64,000 nt of DNA, taken from contig CM082587.2 in assembly GCA_040954595.2 (NCBI GenBank), forward strand, positions 6,375,705 through 6,439,704. Direction: 5' to 3'. This document shows positions 29,393 through 41,663 of this stretch, one piece after another. The notes under the pieces were generated by a model, which searched no databases, was not told the DNA's origin, and was given only the letters and a program-made list of their open reading frames with translations. Every line of letters starts with the position of its first letter. The first letter of the stretch is position 1. The DNA comes from Balanoglossus misakiensis (lineage: Eukaryota; Animalia; Hemichordata). The translations under genes were made by a program, and so were the position numbers.

Positions 29393-30497
29393 TTAAATAA
29401 GCTTACTGATTGGTATTTGCAAACAAATTATCAACCTCTGATTGTGGCTGTACATATAAATATAACCAATTTAAATAATAAATGGGTGCCACACCCATTT
29501 ATTCACTCGCCCATACCAAGACCACAGCTAGTGGTTTTCACGTTTGGGTATTGGAATCGCCAAAAATTCAAAAATGTTGTTTGTTCACTTGAAGTATGTT
29601 ATTGCTAAAACCTTTAATAAAATAAACCAAAAGCAACAGGTTAGTCTGACAGAAAATAAATTTTTCACATTGACTCTTGTGATAAGTGTCATTCATCTAG
29701 ACTGAATATCCTATATGTTCCCAGAAAGCCAGGCTTGAAAGGGTTAAATAATCTTGCAGAATATAATATTTATCGAAAGAAAATACAATTGACAGAAGAA
29801 GAGAATGGAAAGAATATTTTCAATGATAGAGCCACATTTCAGAAGTACAAACACGTCTCACTGCGCCAGTCAATCATACAAGTACATTTTATTTATTACA
29901 GATAATCACAAGGCTATTTCTCCGCCTCGAGGTGATGATAGTGATTTGTTACCCAACGGTAAATACCATGTTGGTGCTGCTAATCTGCGGGGGGACTCTG
30001 AAATGTTATTCGCACAGATAGGGGAAAAAAATCTCCGTGGCGCTCTGATATGCATCTGTCAACTCGCCGTGACTGCAAGCCCGTCGCGGCGGTTTACTTT
30101 GTCGGCGTTCATGGAATGTGCTTAATCAAACGTACCACAAGTGTCCACGAGCGATCACGCGTCTGCCAAGTGTTTAAAAGCATCTGAGCAATCAGCCATG
30201 CGCGGCATATCATGAACGCAACACAGCCTATACACAGTGGCATCAGACAGTACACGGGTGTGTGTGTACTTGTTCTGAAACACCTTATAATAACAGATCT
30301 CTAATATTCAAATATTTGAGGTACGTTCCCGTGCCCACCGATTAATTTCATAAACAATACACATCTACATAAACATGCGTTCAAATTTTATTTGGTTAGG
30401 TTCATTTCATATGATTAAAGGGACATTTCTTCTATGATCTCATACATAAGTGGTTCTCATACAAGAAGCACAAATGCATATCAGGACAAAAGCATAG

Positions 30498-30578
<81 letters not shown>
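30498..30578. repeat. (GATA)n microsatellite, ~20 units
   Basis: Direct reading; a shorter GATA/GACA tract lies at ~30869-30906. Confidence 0.97.
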
Positions 30579-30579
<1 letters not shown>

Positions 30580-30954
30580 GCGTGCACATGCACACATTAA
30601 CACATACAAAATAAACATCTGCTAAAAGAACATTGACATCAGTGTGAATTGTTTACAGTAAACTACATGTAACATGACATGATCAATCTATGGTCGGGAT
30701 ATTAAATCCTCTTTCACTTTTAAGCCTGTAGTTTGGTCAAGGTCCTTTAAAGCCGATAAGGGCAGTCTTGTTGCATGTTTTATATTGGGGATTTACATTT
30801 TGCATTAGAAGTATCAGGTCACTCTAAATGTTTAATATTTCTTTGACATTTGAAAATAAAATCACCAAGATAGATAGATATATAGACAGACAGACAGATA
30901 GATAGATTGATCAACAACGCAGTGACAAAAGTAAGCAAATTTGTAACAGAGGTT

Positions 30955-31310
30955 GTATTAATCAGTGTTAAGAAGATACCTTTTCAGCTTTTAAATAAAT
31001 TCCTTGACTGATTTGATTTTATTTGTGTAGGATTTCATTCCAATGCTTGGCAATGGAGTAGTATTAATTGTTTTGAGATGAAGTAAGCTTTGGGAAGCAT
31101 AAACATATCAGTGGAGGCAAATCTTGTATGATACTGGTGTGATACAGATGTAGCATAGTGAGTGGGCATAATGCTCTGTTTTTTAGGACACCAGCAAAGA
31201 CACAAGTTTGAAGTTTACAGAGTTTGTAAACACTAAGAATTCCAAGTTGCTGAAATAATGGAGCACTATGTGTATTGGGCCTAGAAACAGTTACATTCTT
31301 AACTTTGCTG
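30955..31310 (-). mobile_element. Degenerate 3' fragment of a CR1/L2-group LINE ORF2
   Basis: Minus-strand translation with frameshifts gives THSAPLFQQLGILSVYKLCKLQTCVF...HQYHTRFAS...AKHWNEI...IKSNQSRNLFKS, which is typical of the post-RT C-terminus of CR1-group LINEs. Confidence 0.7.
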
Positions 31311-31574
31311 TCTCACTACAATTGTAGGCTATTCTCAATGTGCAATCTCTGACGCTGGAGGTGGTTGTCATGTGGTGCAGAACAGTTAAATAGCAGTGAG
31401 AGGTAAAAGAAAGATGCCATTGAAGTTGCCGTTGTTGGCGCTCTAACACTCACAAATATAGTATCGTACCCACAGATAACATTTTAATACTACATATACA
31501 TATACATGTACATGTACATGTGCTGTCAGTGATGGTATTCTGACGGAAACCCGAACAGTCCACCTCTGAAAACA

Positions 31575-34500
31575 CACCCTCCCACCCCCTATAGCTTCAT
31601 TGTCATGTTTGAATACTTTTGAGTTCACAAAAAATCCAGTTTTGAGCTCTGTACATCACACACCCCTCCAACACCCACCCCCCAGCAGATTCTGTCATGT
31701 TTCATGATTGAGTTCACAAAAATCGAGTATTGAGCTCTGTATATCACCCCCCCCTCCCACACCCTACAGATTCTGTCATGTTTCATGTTTGAGTTCCCAA
31801 AAATCTAGTTTTGAGCTCTGTATATCACACACACACCCCCCCCCCACACACACACTAGTACCAGTACTAAATGTACCACTAGTGCCTTAAAAGCTATCAC
31901 AAAAATCTAGTTTTGAGCTCTGTATATCACACACCCCCCCTCACACACTAGTACCAGTATAAGTGTACCACTAGTGCCTTAAAAGCTATCACAAAAATCT
32001 AGTATTGAGCTCAGTATATCACACCCCCCCCTCACACACTAGTACCAGTACAAAGTGTACCACTAGTGCCTTAAAAGCTATCACAAAAATCTAGTATTGA
32101 GCTCAGTATATCACACCCCCCCCCCTCACACACTAGTACCAGTATAAGTGTACCACTAGTGCCTTAAAAGCTATCACAAGAATCTAGTATTGAGCTCAGT
32201 ATATCAAAACCCCTCCCACACCCTACAGATTATCATGTTTCATGTTTGAGTTCACAAGAATCTAGTATTGAGCTTTGTATATCACACCCCCCCCCACACA
32301 CACGCACACTAGCACCAGTACTAAGTGTACCACTAGTGCCTTAAAAGCTATCACAAAAATCTAGTATTGAGCTCAGTATATCAAAACCCCTCCCACACCC
32401 TACAGATTATCATGTTTCATGTTTGAGTTCACAAGAATCTAGTATTGAGCTCAGTATATCACACCCCCCCCCTCACACACTAGTACCAGTACTAAGTGTA
32501 CCACTAGTGCCTTAAAAGCTATCACAAAAATCTAGTATTGAGCTCAGTATATCAAAACCCCTCCCACACCCTACAGATTGTCATGTTTCATGTTTGAGTT
32601 CACAAGAATCTAGTATTGAGCTCTGTATATCACAACCCCCCCACACACACACACACACACTAGTACCAGTACTAAGTGTACCACTAGTGCCTTAAAAGCT
32701 ATCACAAAAATCTAGTATTGAGCTCAGTATATCAAAACCCCTCCCACACCCTACAGATTCTGTCATGTTTCATGTTTGAGTTCACAAGAATCTAGTATTG
32801 AGCTCTGTATATCACCCCCCCACACACACACACTAGTACCAGTACTAAGTGTACCACTAGTGCCTTAAAAGCTATCACAAAAATCTAGTATTGAGCTCAG
32901 TATATCAAAACCCCTCCCACACCCTACAGATTCTGTCATGTTTCATGTTTGAGTTCACAAGAATCTAGTATTGAGCTTTGTATATCACACCCCCCCCCAC
33001 ACACACACACTAGTATCAGTACTCTAGTGCCTTAAAAGCAATCACAAAAATCTAGTATTGAGCTCTGTATATCAAAACCCCTCCCACACCCTACAGATTC
33101 TGACATGTTTCATGTTTGAGTTCACAAGTAATCTAGTATTGAGCTTTGTATATCACACCCCCCCCCCCACACACACACTAGTATCAGTACTCTAGTGCCT
33201 TAAAAGCTATCACAAAAATCTAGTATTGAGCTCTGTATATCAAAACCCCTCCCACACCCTACAGATTCTGTCATGTTTCATGTTTGAGTTCACGAGTAAT
33301 CTAGTATTGAGCTTTGTATATCACACCCCCCCCCCACACACACACACTAGTATCAGTACTCTAGTGCCTTAAAAGCTATCACAAAAATCTAGTATTGAGC
33401 TCTGTATATCAAAACCCCTCCCACACCCTACAGATTCTGTCATGTTTCATGTTTGAGTTCACAAGTAATCTAGTATTGAGCTTTGTATATCACACACCCC
33501 CCCCCACCACACACACACACTAGTATCAGTACTCTAGTGCCTTAAAAGCTATCACAAAAATCTAGTATTGAGCTCTGTATATCAAAACCCCTCCCACACC
33601 CTACAGATTCTGTCATGTTTCATGTTTGAGTTCACAAGAATCTAGTATTGAGCTTTGTATATCACACCCCCCCCCCCCCACACACACACTAGTATCAGTA
33701 CTCTAGTGCCTTAAAAGCTATCACAAAAATCTAGTATTGAGCTCTGTATATCAAAACCCCTCCCACACCCTACAGATTCTGTCATGTTTCATGTTTGAGT
33801 TCACAAGAATCTAGTATTGAGCTCTGTATATCAACCCCCCCCCACACACACACACACTAGTACCAGTACTCTAGTGCCTTAAAAGCTATCACAAAAATCT
33901 AGTATTGAGCTCAGTATATCAAAACCCCTCCCACACCCTACAGATTCTGTCATGTTTCATGTTTGAGTTCACAAGAATCTAGTATTGAGCTCTGTATATC
34001 ACAACCCCCCCCCCACACACACACACACTAGCACCAGTACTAAGTGTACCACTAGTGCCTTAAAAGCTATCACAAAAATCTAGTATTGAGCTCAGTATAT
34101 CAAAACCCCTCCCACACTCTACAGATTCTGTCATGTTCCATGTTTGAGTTCACAAAAATCTAGTATTGAGCTCTGTATATCACAACCCCCCCCCACACAC
34201 ACACACTAGTACCAGTACTAAGTGTACCACTAGTGCCTTAAAAGCTATCACAAAAATCTAGTATTGAGCTCAGTATATCAAAACCCCTCCCACACCCTAC
34301 AGATTCTGTCATGTTTCATGTTTGAGTTCATAAGAATCTAGTATTGAGCTTTGTATATCACCCCCCCCCACACACACACACACTAGTACCAGTACAAAGT
34401 GTACCACTAGTGCCTTAAAAGCTATCACAAAAATCTAGTATTGAGCTCTGTATATCACCCCCCCCCCACACACACACACACACACACTAGTACCAGTACT

Positions 34501-34862
34501 AAGTGTACCACTAGTGCCTTAAAAGCTATCACAAAAATCTAGTATTGAGCTCTGTATATAAAAAACCCTCCCACACCCTACAGATTCTGTGATGTTTGAG
34601 TTCACAAGAATCTAGTATTGAGCTTTGTATATCACCCCCCCACACACACACACACACACTAGTACCAGTACAAAGTGTACCACTAGTGCCTTAAAAGCTA
34701 TCACAAAAATCTAGTATTGAGCTCAGTATATCAAAACCCCTCCCACACCCTAGATATTCTGTCATGTTTCATGTTGTTTGAGTTCACAAAAATCTAGTTT
34801 TGAGCTTTGTATATCACACCCACCCCACCCTACCCCCCTGCAGCTTCATTGTCATGTTTCAT
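31575..34862. repeat. Higher-order tandem satellite: ~37 copies of a ~33-bp core alternating with two spacer types (dimer period 167-181 bp)
   Basis: Core cacaa(a/g)aatctagtattgagct(c/t)(a/t)gtatatca is followed either by spacer A (C-run, (CA)n, ctagtaccagtactaagtgtaccactagtgccttaaaagctat) or spacer B (aaacccctcccacaccctacagattctgtcatgtttcatgtttgagtt). Copy number counted by eye. Confidence 0.97.
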
Positions 34863-37800
34863 TAATCACCCCAGCCCACCCCCTGTAAATACTGAAGGCT
34901 CCCCTTAGGATATACTTTCCACATAAAATGTATGCTAAATATATAGAACTTTCATGCGAAATATTCTTTGTCGAATTGCCCTGCTACTCTGTAACACCTG
35001 TAACCGTCTACCGATATCACGTTCATCCCTAGTATTACGACCAACTGTCCCTGGGGAAATATTCAGATATCTACGCCCCCCCCCCCCCTTTCCCTGTCTG
35101 GTCTCCCTGTGCCTGATGAAACGAGCGGAGTTTTCAGGGCTTCTTCAGAAATGACAGTGGAATTAACGTCTTTTCCCTCAAACCCGGCATCAACCTTACT
35201 GTTGAAAACAACCGTCCTATCCTGCGATAAATTCGCACCCCCCAAATAAGTAGCCATGATACTATTTACCGGACACAATGCTTTCTATGTAAAAACGACA
35301 CCAACCTAAAATCGAACTGTCGACACAGAGATATGATATTGATCGGACGATGAATGCCTAATGAACACTGAAGGCCCTATAGCTATCAAATCACACCAAA
35401 AGGAGGCGACACAAAAGCCCAGAGTCGTGTTGCGCTGACCTGCGTTAACAGATCCCGTGAGGAGTACGGTGCCCAGAGTGCAACACAGCCCTAAACTCAT
35501 GTGGCCCTTTTGCACAAAATACAACGGTTCTCAACAAACAACATTCATCGACCCCCGGCATCGACCAAACCTAACCACTGCGTCGATCGAGACCTTGGCG
35601 AATATTCGAAAGGGGAAACTGAACTAATGTTGCCCTCACAATCCCGCAGATGCCACCAATTGCGGACAAAAAGACGAAAAATTGCACAGGGCCACGCCGT
35701 GCGCTCCTTCGTCTCCAGACCGACGCTAACGGTTTTCCTAAAATGATAGACAGGCTAATCACGTGACCCAGAACGCAGTTTTGATTGGTGTATCACTCAA
35801 TACAAGGGCTAGATGGGGAAACCCCTCCATCCGTGGCTGGTTAGACATAAGCCCAGTAACGGTCACCAAGGCAACACCCCACGCAAGTGAAGCCATACAA
35901 AACACCATGTCACAATAATAAACCATATGGAATATAACAGTATAATCGACAAAACACATTGCCACGAAAGTGCGCTTCCGATTTCACCATACATGTATAT
36001 GACGTCATAAAGTACGTCATAGACTATACAAACACCACAGGTAAGTACTACCTGACACTGCAGGATAGATGGTTTTTGTTCTTGGTTCCGGTTAATTGAC
36101 GCCGCCAAAGTAACGACAGACCAACTGAAAAATAAGTAAAACTTTGATTCTGGTGTGTGCGGAGTCTGTAAGGGGCCCTCAACGTCAGAGATCGCCAAAT
36201 GTAACAATGTTTAAAGCAAGCTACAAAAACACGTGGTATGGCAAGATGATGTCGACGCGAGTTTCAGAACGGTCCTTGCAAGGTCTACACCAGACACAAG
36301 TTTACTGAGTACATGTTGGTCTACATATCAGCCGTTTGGTGTGGTGAATAGGCCTACAAGATCACACACACACACACACATATGCGAACTGTCGTCAAGT
36401 GTAGTCCGCATGCGCATGTCGCCAGTCAAAACAGAGTACATTGGCGATGTCTTTCGCAACGAAATTCTTGTCCGGCGTATCGTATTGGTGTGATCATTGA
36501 TATACAACTGGGTCAACATTATTGCAGTACATCATGTGTACTTATCAGACGGTCGGGAATGAACTCAATTAAGTGAATCATTGAGAGAGCTGGCGCAACC
36601 TGTTTCATCATCTCTGCTACCAAAATAACTTCACCCAACTATTGATTTACTGGCAGATTGCAACTTACATGTAAGCTGGTATATCCATACCGACAAAAAA
36701 TGTGTGTCGCTCAAATAGCGGGATTTCATCCCTTCTGTGCAGTAGAGCCCGTGTTGATTTTACATTTTGCTCACAGACAGACTTTCGTGTGTTTCATAAT
36801 TCAAAACACACGTAAATAATTCCCTCGTCATTTTGGACAGATTACAGAAAACGGTTTAATTTTTCATGTTCCATCCATTCCCTTATAAGAAAATGATGCG
36901 TCACTTTTTGTATGTATGTATTTCATAACCCGTCTTCCAATGAAATAAAAAACAGACCGTCCATTAATTATCTGATTTAATACCTTATGATATGATCCGT
37001 TTGGCGTTTGAAATGTGAAAGACAAGTCGTACGAATTGGAAAGTCCGCTTTAATTAAGTTTTGCGCGCGCAAAGTTCTCATCAGCACAAACGATTTATAC
37101 ATGTAGTTCCTATGTTCTCAGCCGGAGGCAAGGATATGTACAATGCCTTTCTGTCTGTTTGTCTGTTTTCAGTCTGACTGCCTTAATGCTGAGCGGGTAA
37201 TCGGATTAAATTCGAATTTGATATCCTCTGTTTTCGGAATGGAAAGAAAATCGATCAGTTTTGGTGGGCTCCAAATCATGCCTTGTTGTCGTATTCTTGA
37301 TGTATGGATCAAATTTCAGTTTTCGATTTTGATCAACATTTGCTCCACCCCCGGACCGCAACCAGTTTTTTTGTAGGCACTGTCGATGAAAGAATGACAA
37401 GAAATTGTCGTCTGCGCCCCAACGCGGGTGGGGGACGGTACAGACAAATACTTGAGTTACTTTGCTATAATCATGGCACGAATCCAATAAATGATGACGA
37501 CAACAGTGCTCTGTGAGCTAGGAACAGAACTCGTGATCTGAGATACTTGACAGTACTATGCCATGACAGTACCCTGTGATAAAAATATCACCCCCCCCCC
37601 CCCGCAAAGGATCACCAGTTGGTCACGTTAGACTTCTGCGTTTCCACAAGAACGTCGTCGCCACTTCATGTGTTGCGACATACACCACATATAAATGCCA
37701 TGCACTGGGTTGTGACTGAGCGTTTACAGCATCAAACGACGCTTACAGACACCTTGCCTTACTAAGTATCACGTGACTGTGGTTTTTATCAGATCACACT

Positions 37801-40791
37801 TTTGGGGTCATCCTGTCCACCTTCTTTCCCACCTACTTAACCTACTTGCGTGGGCACCCAAAATAAAAACAGTCCGGATGTCGCGGAAACGTAAACAAAC
37901 AAGCTGAATACAAAACGCCCACCTGTTCCGTGTAGTGCGGGTGCTTGGAGTATGGCCACTAAGATATTTATTGGCCATGCATTTTACCGAAAAATAATTG
38001 GTCAGTATTCATCGGAGATCGCTGCAATTTTCTTATCCCTTTGAGGACTCATTTGATCAATGTTGATAAAATTAAAAGAGTGTCAGGCCTACAACATGCC
38101 TCGAAAGACAGCAAGTTGCGTCACCAACAAACCCCGTCATATGCAGTCAAAATATTAATACTGAATGTTTGTGCTCTGAGGTTGAAGTTCATTTTCTGTC
38201 AAACATCTCGTGCGATGATGTACCACGATGAAAAGTCGTGCATGTTTATTTTTATCAGTACTCGAACTGGATTTGGCCGGTTGCCATCAATGGGCCTCTG
38301 AGTGGTTTTGAGGTATTAAAATCACGCAGACGACAGACAAAATTCCCTCGTTTGGGCAGTGAGATACCAGCACACACGTCTATGATTTTGAGGTGACATG
38401 TAGCCAAACCTGTTTTCGACTTCTGCGCGAAAAACTTCAGATTTGGGAGATCACGGATAAACTGTTTCACAGACAGGAAATCTAGAAATCCCGCCGCTCA
38501 CTGTTCAGGCTCACAACATGTAGAATTTTTAAGGAAATCGAACTCTGTAGTTAAATCGTAGTTAAAGTGGATTTTTAGCGGCAGACTTGTCCGCGGGCAA
38601 CGGTTGATACGTGAGGCACCCCGTCCTTTCTGTAAGCGGTCACCAGTACCATAGAGTTCAAGTTTAACTGGCTACTAAATGTGAATTTGGGATTGTCGAA
38701 CGCAAAAATCGTGCATTGATACTTTAAATACAGTTGTCGGAGTAACGGTTGCATCGTGTCTCGACGACATTACCGTAGATTAACTTGTCTTTCGAGTCAT
38801 TAAATACAGTGTATTTCGTAGTTTCATAATTTTATTGGTATTTTAAAAATGTTTTCCTGTTTTCCTCGACGACATTACCGTAGATGAATGGGAGTTTTGT
38901 TGTCAACTGGTTTCATGCCGCCAACAAAATGCTTGCAATACTGTTTGGCGACGGAATATTTGGCGTTTCAACATACAGGGGGAAAGTTTCTAAAAAGTTG
39001 CAGGTGCAGCCACAGAGCAATAATGTGAGAACATTGTCAAGATACAGCTGTTCTCCTTCTTGAGTTAAAAGGCAACTGCCTTATACATTTGTGGTTCCGT
39101 CAATCCCATATTTTCGTAAATATTCAACACTTCTAACCTTTACTTCAGCCGTCGCGTGTTTACAGCTAAAAAAAACCTCAACTTTCTGTTTCTGTGTTTG
39201 TCATTGGTCCCTAAATCGGCCCACCTTTAACCCTTAGTCGAAATCCCATCGATAGGAAAATACCCCAATATCTCTAAGTGTGATTCCTGCGGAGTTTGCG
39301 AATTCTTGTTAGAAAAAAAGTCGAATAAACTGAATGGTTGGTATCCGAGATCCAGTATTACGTGACAGGATCCAGAATGCATCATGATGATGATAATGTT
39401 CTGTATTATTCGATAGAATGTACTTACTGGTCTCAACGCGAAAGTTTCCTGCCTTGAACAGTTATTCACCGCCCTCCTCCTTCGTTAAAGGTTTTTCTAC
39501 AGTGGTCCCCGTGCCCAAACGTTTAAAAAATCGTCTTAAAGACCACTATCTCCTTGGAAACAAAGGCATCCAACGCGACGCGGGAAGTCACTTCACCCAA
39601 TGCAAGTTCCCACGCAACACCTTGCGACCACCTTCAAGTTCCGAGACACAGCCTTGACTTTGTTCGCCGAACTTGGGTGGGACTTGGGGGCGATACCTGC
39701 AACGGGTTTGTAGTGTTCAATTTTGTCGTCTAAAATGAAGTGTCGTTCGGATTTGGTCGATGAAATATCCGTATACTATTTATGGGCAAGCTAGTGCCAT
39801 CACGTGATTGTGGCAGACAGTAGATCACAGCTACCTATAAAAGCCAATAGGGGTATTATGAAATAGTCCATGCGACTGATTTCATATTATCAGGGAGATT
39901 ATGCTACTAAAGTCGCGCCGTGCTTCTTGCAAGAGGCCCAAAGTATAAAGAAAATCATCATCGTCGTCGTCGCCGTCGTCATGATTCTGTTCTGCTTAAT
40001 TCATCATCATGGAGTCTCTCCCCCCCCCCCTCCCTCTCTCTCTCTCTCTCTCTCTCCTCCTCTCGCACATTCTTTTTTCCAAATGCTTGCGGTTATCAGT
40101 GAACGTTCGTTCTTGCGATTGTCTGCAAATCCTTCCGATCTGTGGCTTAACTTGAGGAGTGTTAGTGTCATATCGTCTCCCACTTTTGATGAGTATGTGT
40201 GAACGTTTCAAACATCACGTGCACTGGCACCATGCAAGATGGATGGATGGATGGATGGATACCAACGCGTGTGTTGGTGGATGGATTGATTTATTTCTGC
40301 AAAGGATCACAAGCTTACATATGAATCGCTTACTCGTTGGGTCGTCGACGACAAAGAAAAATGGCGTTTAGAGGTTTGTGCTCTTCATCTAACACACAGG
40401 TATGGGTACAATACGGGGGTGGTTTTATATGCATGGAATGTGGTGTGATGACGTCATTGAAATTATGACCAAGCAACAGGTACGGTAAGTTACGATATGT
40501 ATATGGTATTTTCACTCGTTGGCGGGTGTGTCTTATCTGCCGGGGTTGGCATTTGGCCAACAGTGCGGATGTATATATTCCGTTGCATTGTGGGTCATAG
40601 CAATCACACACTCTATCATTTACATTCTTGAATTATAGCCGTTCACTGGGGTGAAGGTCGCGAACATTTCAAGCACCGTACCACAGGTTTGGCGCGTTTA
40701 TTGTCGGTATGAAGTGCCCCCAATGTTTGTGTTCATGACATTGCGCTAGTTTGGTGACTCAACAAATACGAATTTTTGATTAGAAAAATGA

Positions 40792-40813
40792 TGACGTCAG
40801 TTACTATATAAAG
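40792..40813 (+). promoter_or_regulatory. CRE (TGACGTCA) plus TATATAAA; candidate promoter of the dioxygenase gene
   Basis: tgacgtcagttactatataaag lies ~850 bp upstream of the tentative ATG at 41664. Assignment is inference. Confidence 0.35.
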
Positions 40814-41663
40814 CAAAAGTTGACGTGAACACTGATAATACCGACAAGGCGAGTCGTTAAAATGTATTCAATCACCTCTCATTTACGTGACCATGTGGTG
40901 GCGCACTTTTTCGCATGGATAGCAACTGAAAATCTGTGGATGACTGGATATCAACTTTCCTGGGCCAACTTTTCACAGGTGACTCTATCTATACTTTTAA
41001 TACGTTGCGCGGCTTACAGCCAAAAATAACCACAAAAATACGCATAAAATATAATAACAATGTCAAATGATTGGCAGAGTCGCTTTCCTCGCATATTTTA
41101 ACTGCATAACCACGCGAGATCTCGCATGGTCTCGTGGAGCTCGGAAATGATCTATCAGAAGTACATTTTGTACTCTGTCTAATTATAAAGTCAATATCAT
41201 CTCAAGTTGCTCATAAAACCAAATTTGAGAACAGAAACATTGAACAGGTGCTCGGCTACTTCCCCGTCCCATTCTTGCTAATCGCATGCATATTATTAAA
41301 ATGTCCTTCGAAAGAGAAAAAAAAACTAAGATTACACAAATCCAAGTATTTCACGGCTGTTGTGAGCTTGAGCTGTCACATATAGACAATGAACAATAAA
41401 TGTGCTAAAACTCCTCAATGATGCATGTCAGATATGTACAGACATACATTATTTCATACATCCATATACATACATACAGACGCAACTGATTCATAAGGTC
41501 CCTTGGTATCGGACCTAAAATTTGAATACTACCAACCTTTGATCCTTTTGTGAAAATCTCATGTTTGCGTGGTCCAATCTGTTCGTGTTATGACCTTTCA
41601 TGGTCAACCTATGACACGGAATCAGGTGGTTGGTCATATGATCCAGGGAGGCGAAACAACTCG

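Noticed and set aside
31620-34820. CRISPR-like appearance (constant ~33-bp repeat with intervening spacers)
   Set aside because: The spacers are only two recurring types rather than unique sequences, there are no cas genes, and the context is eukaryotic. It is a satellite.
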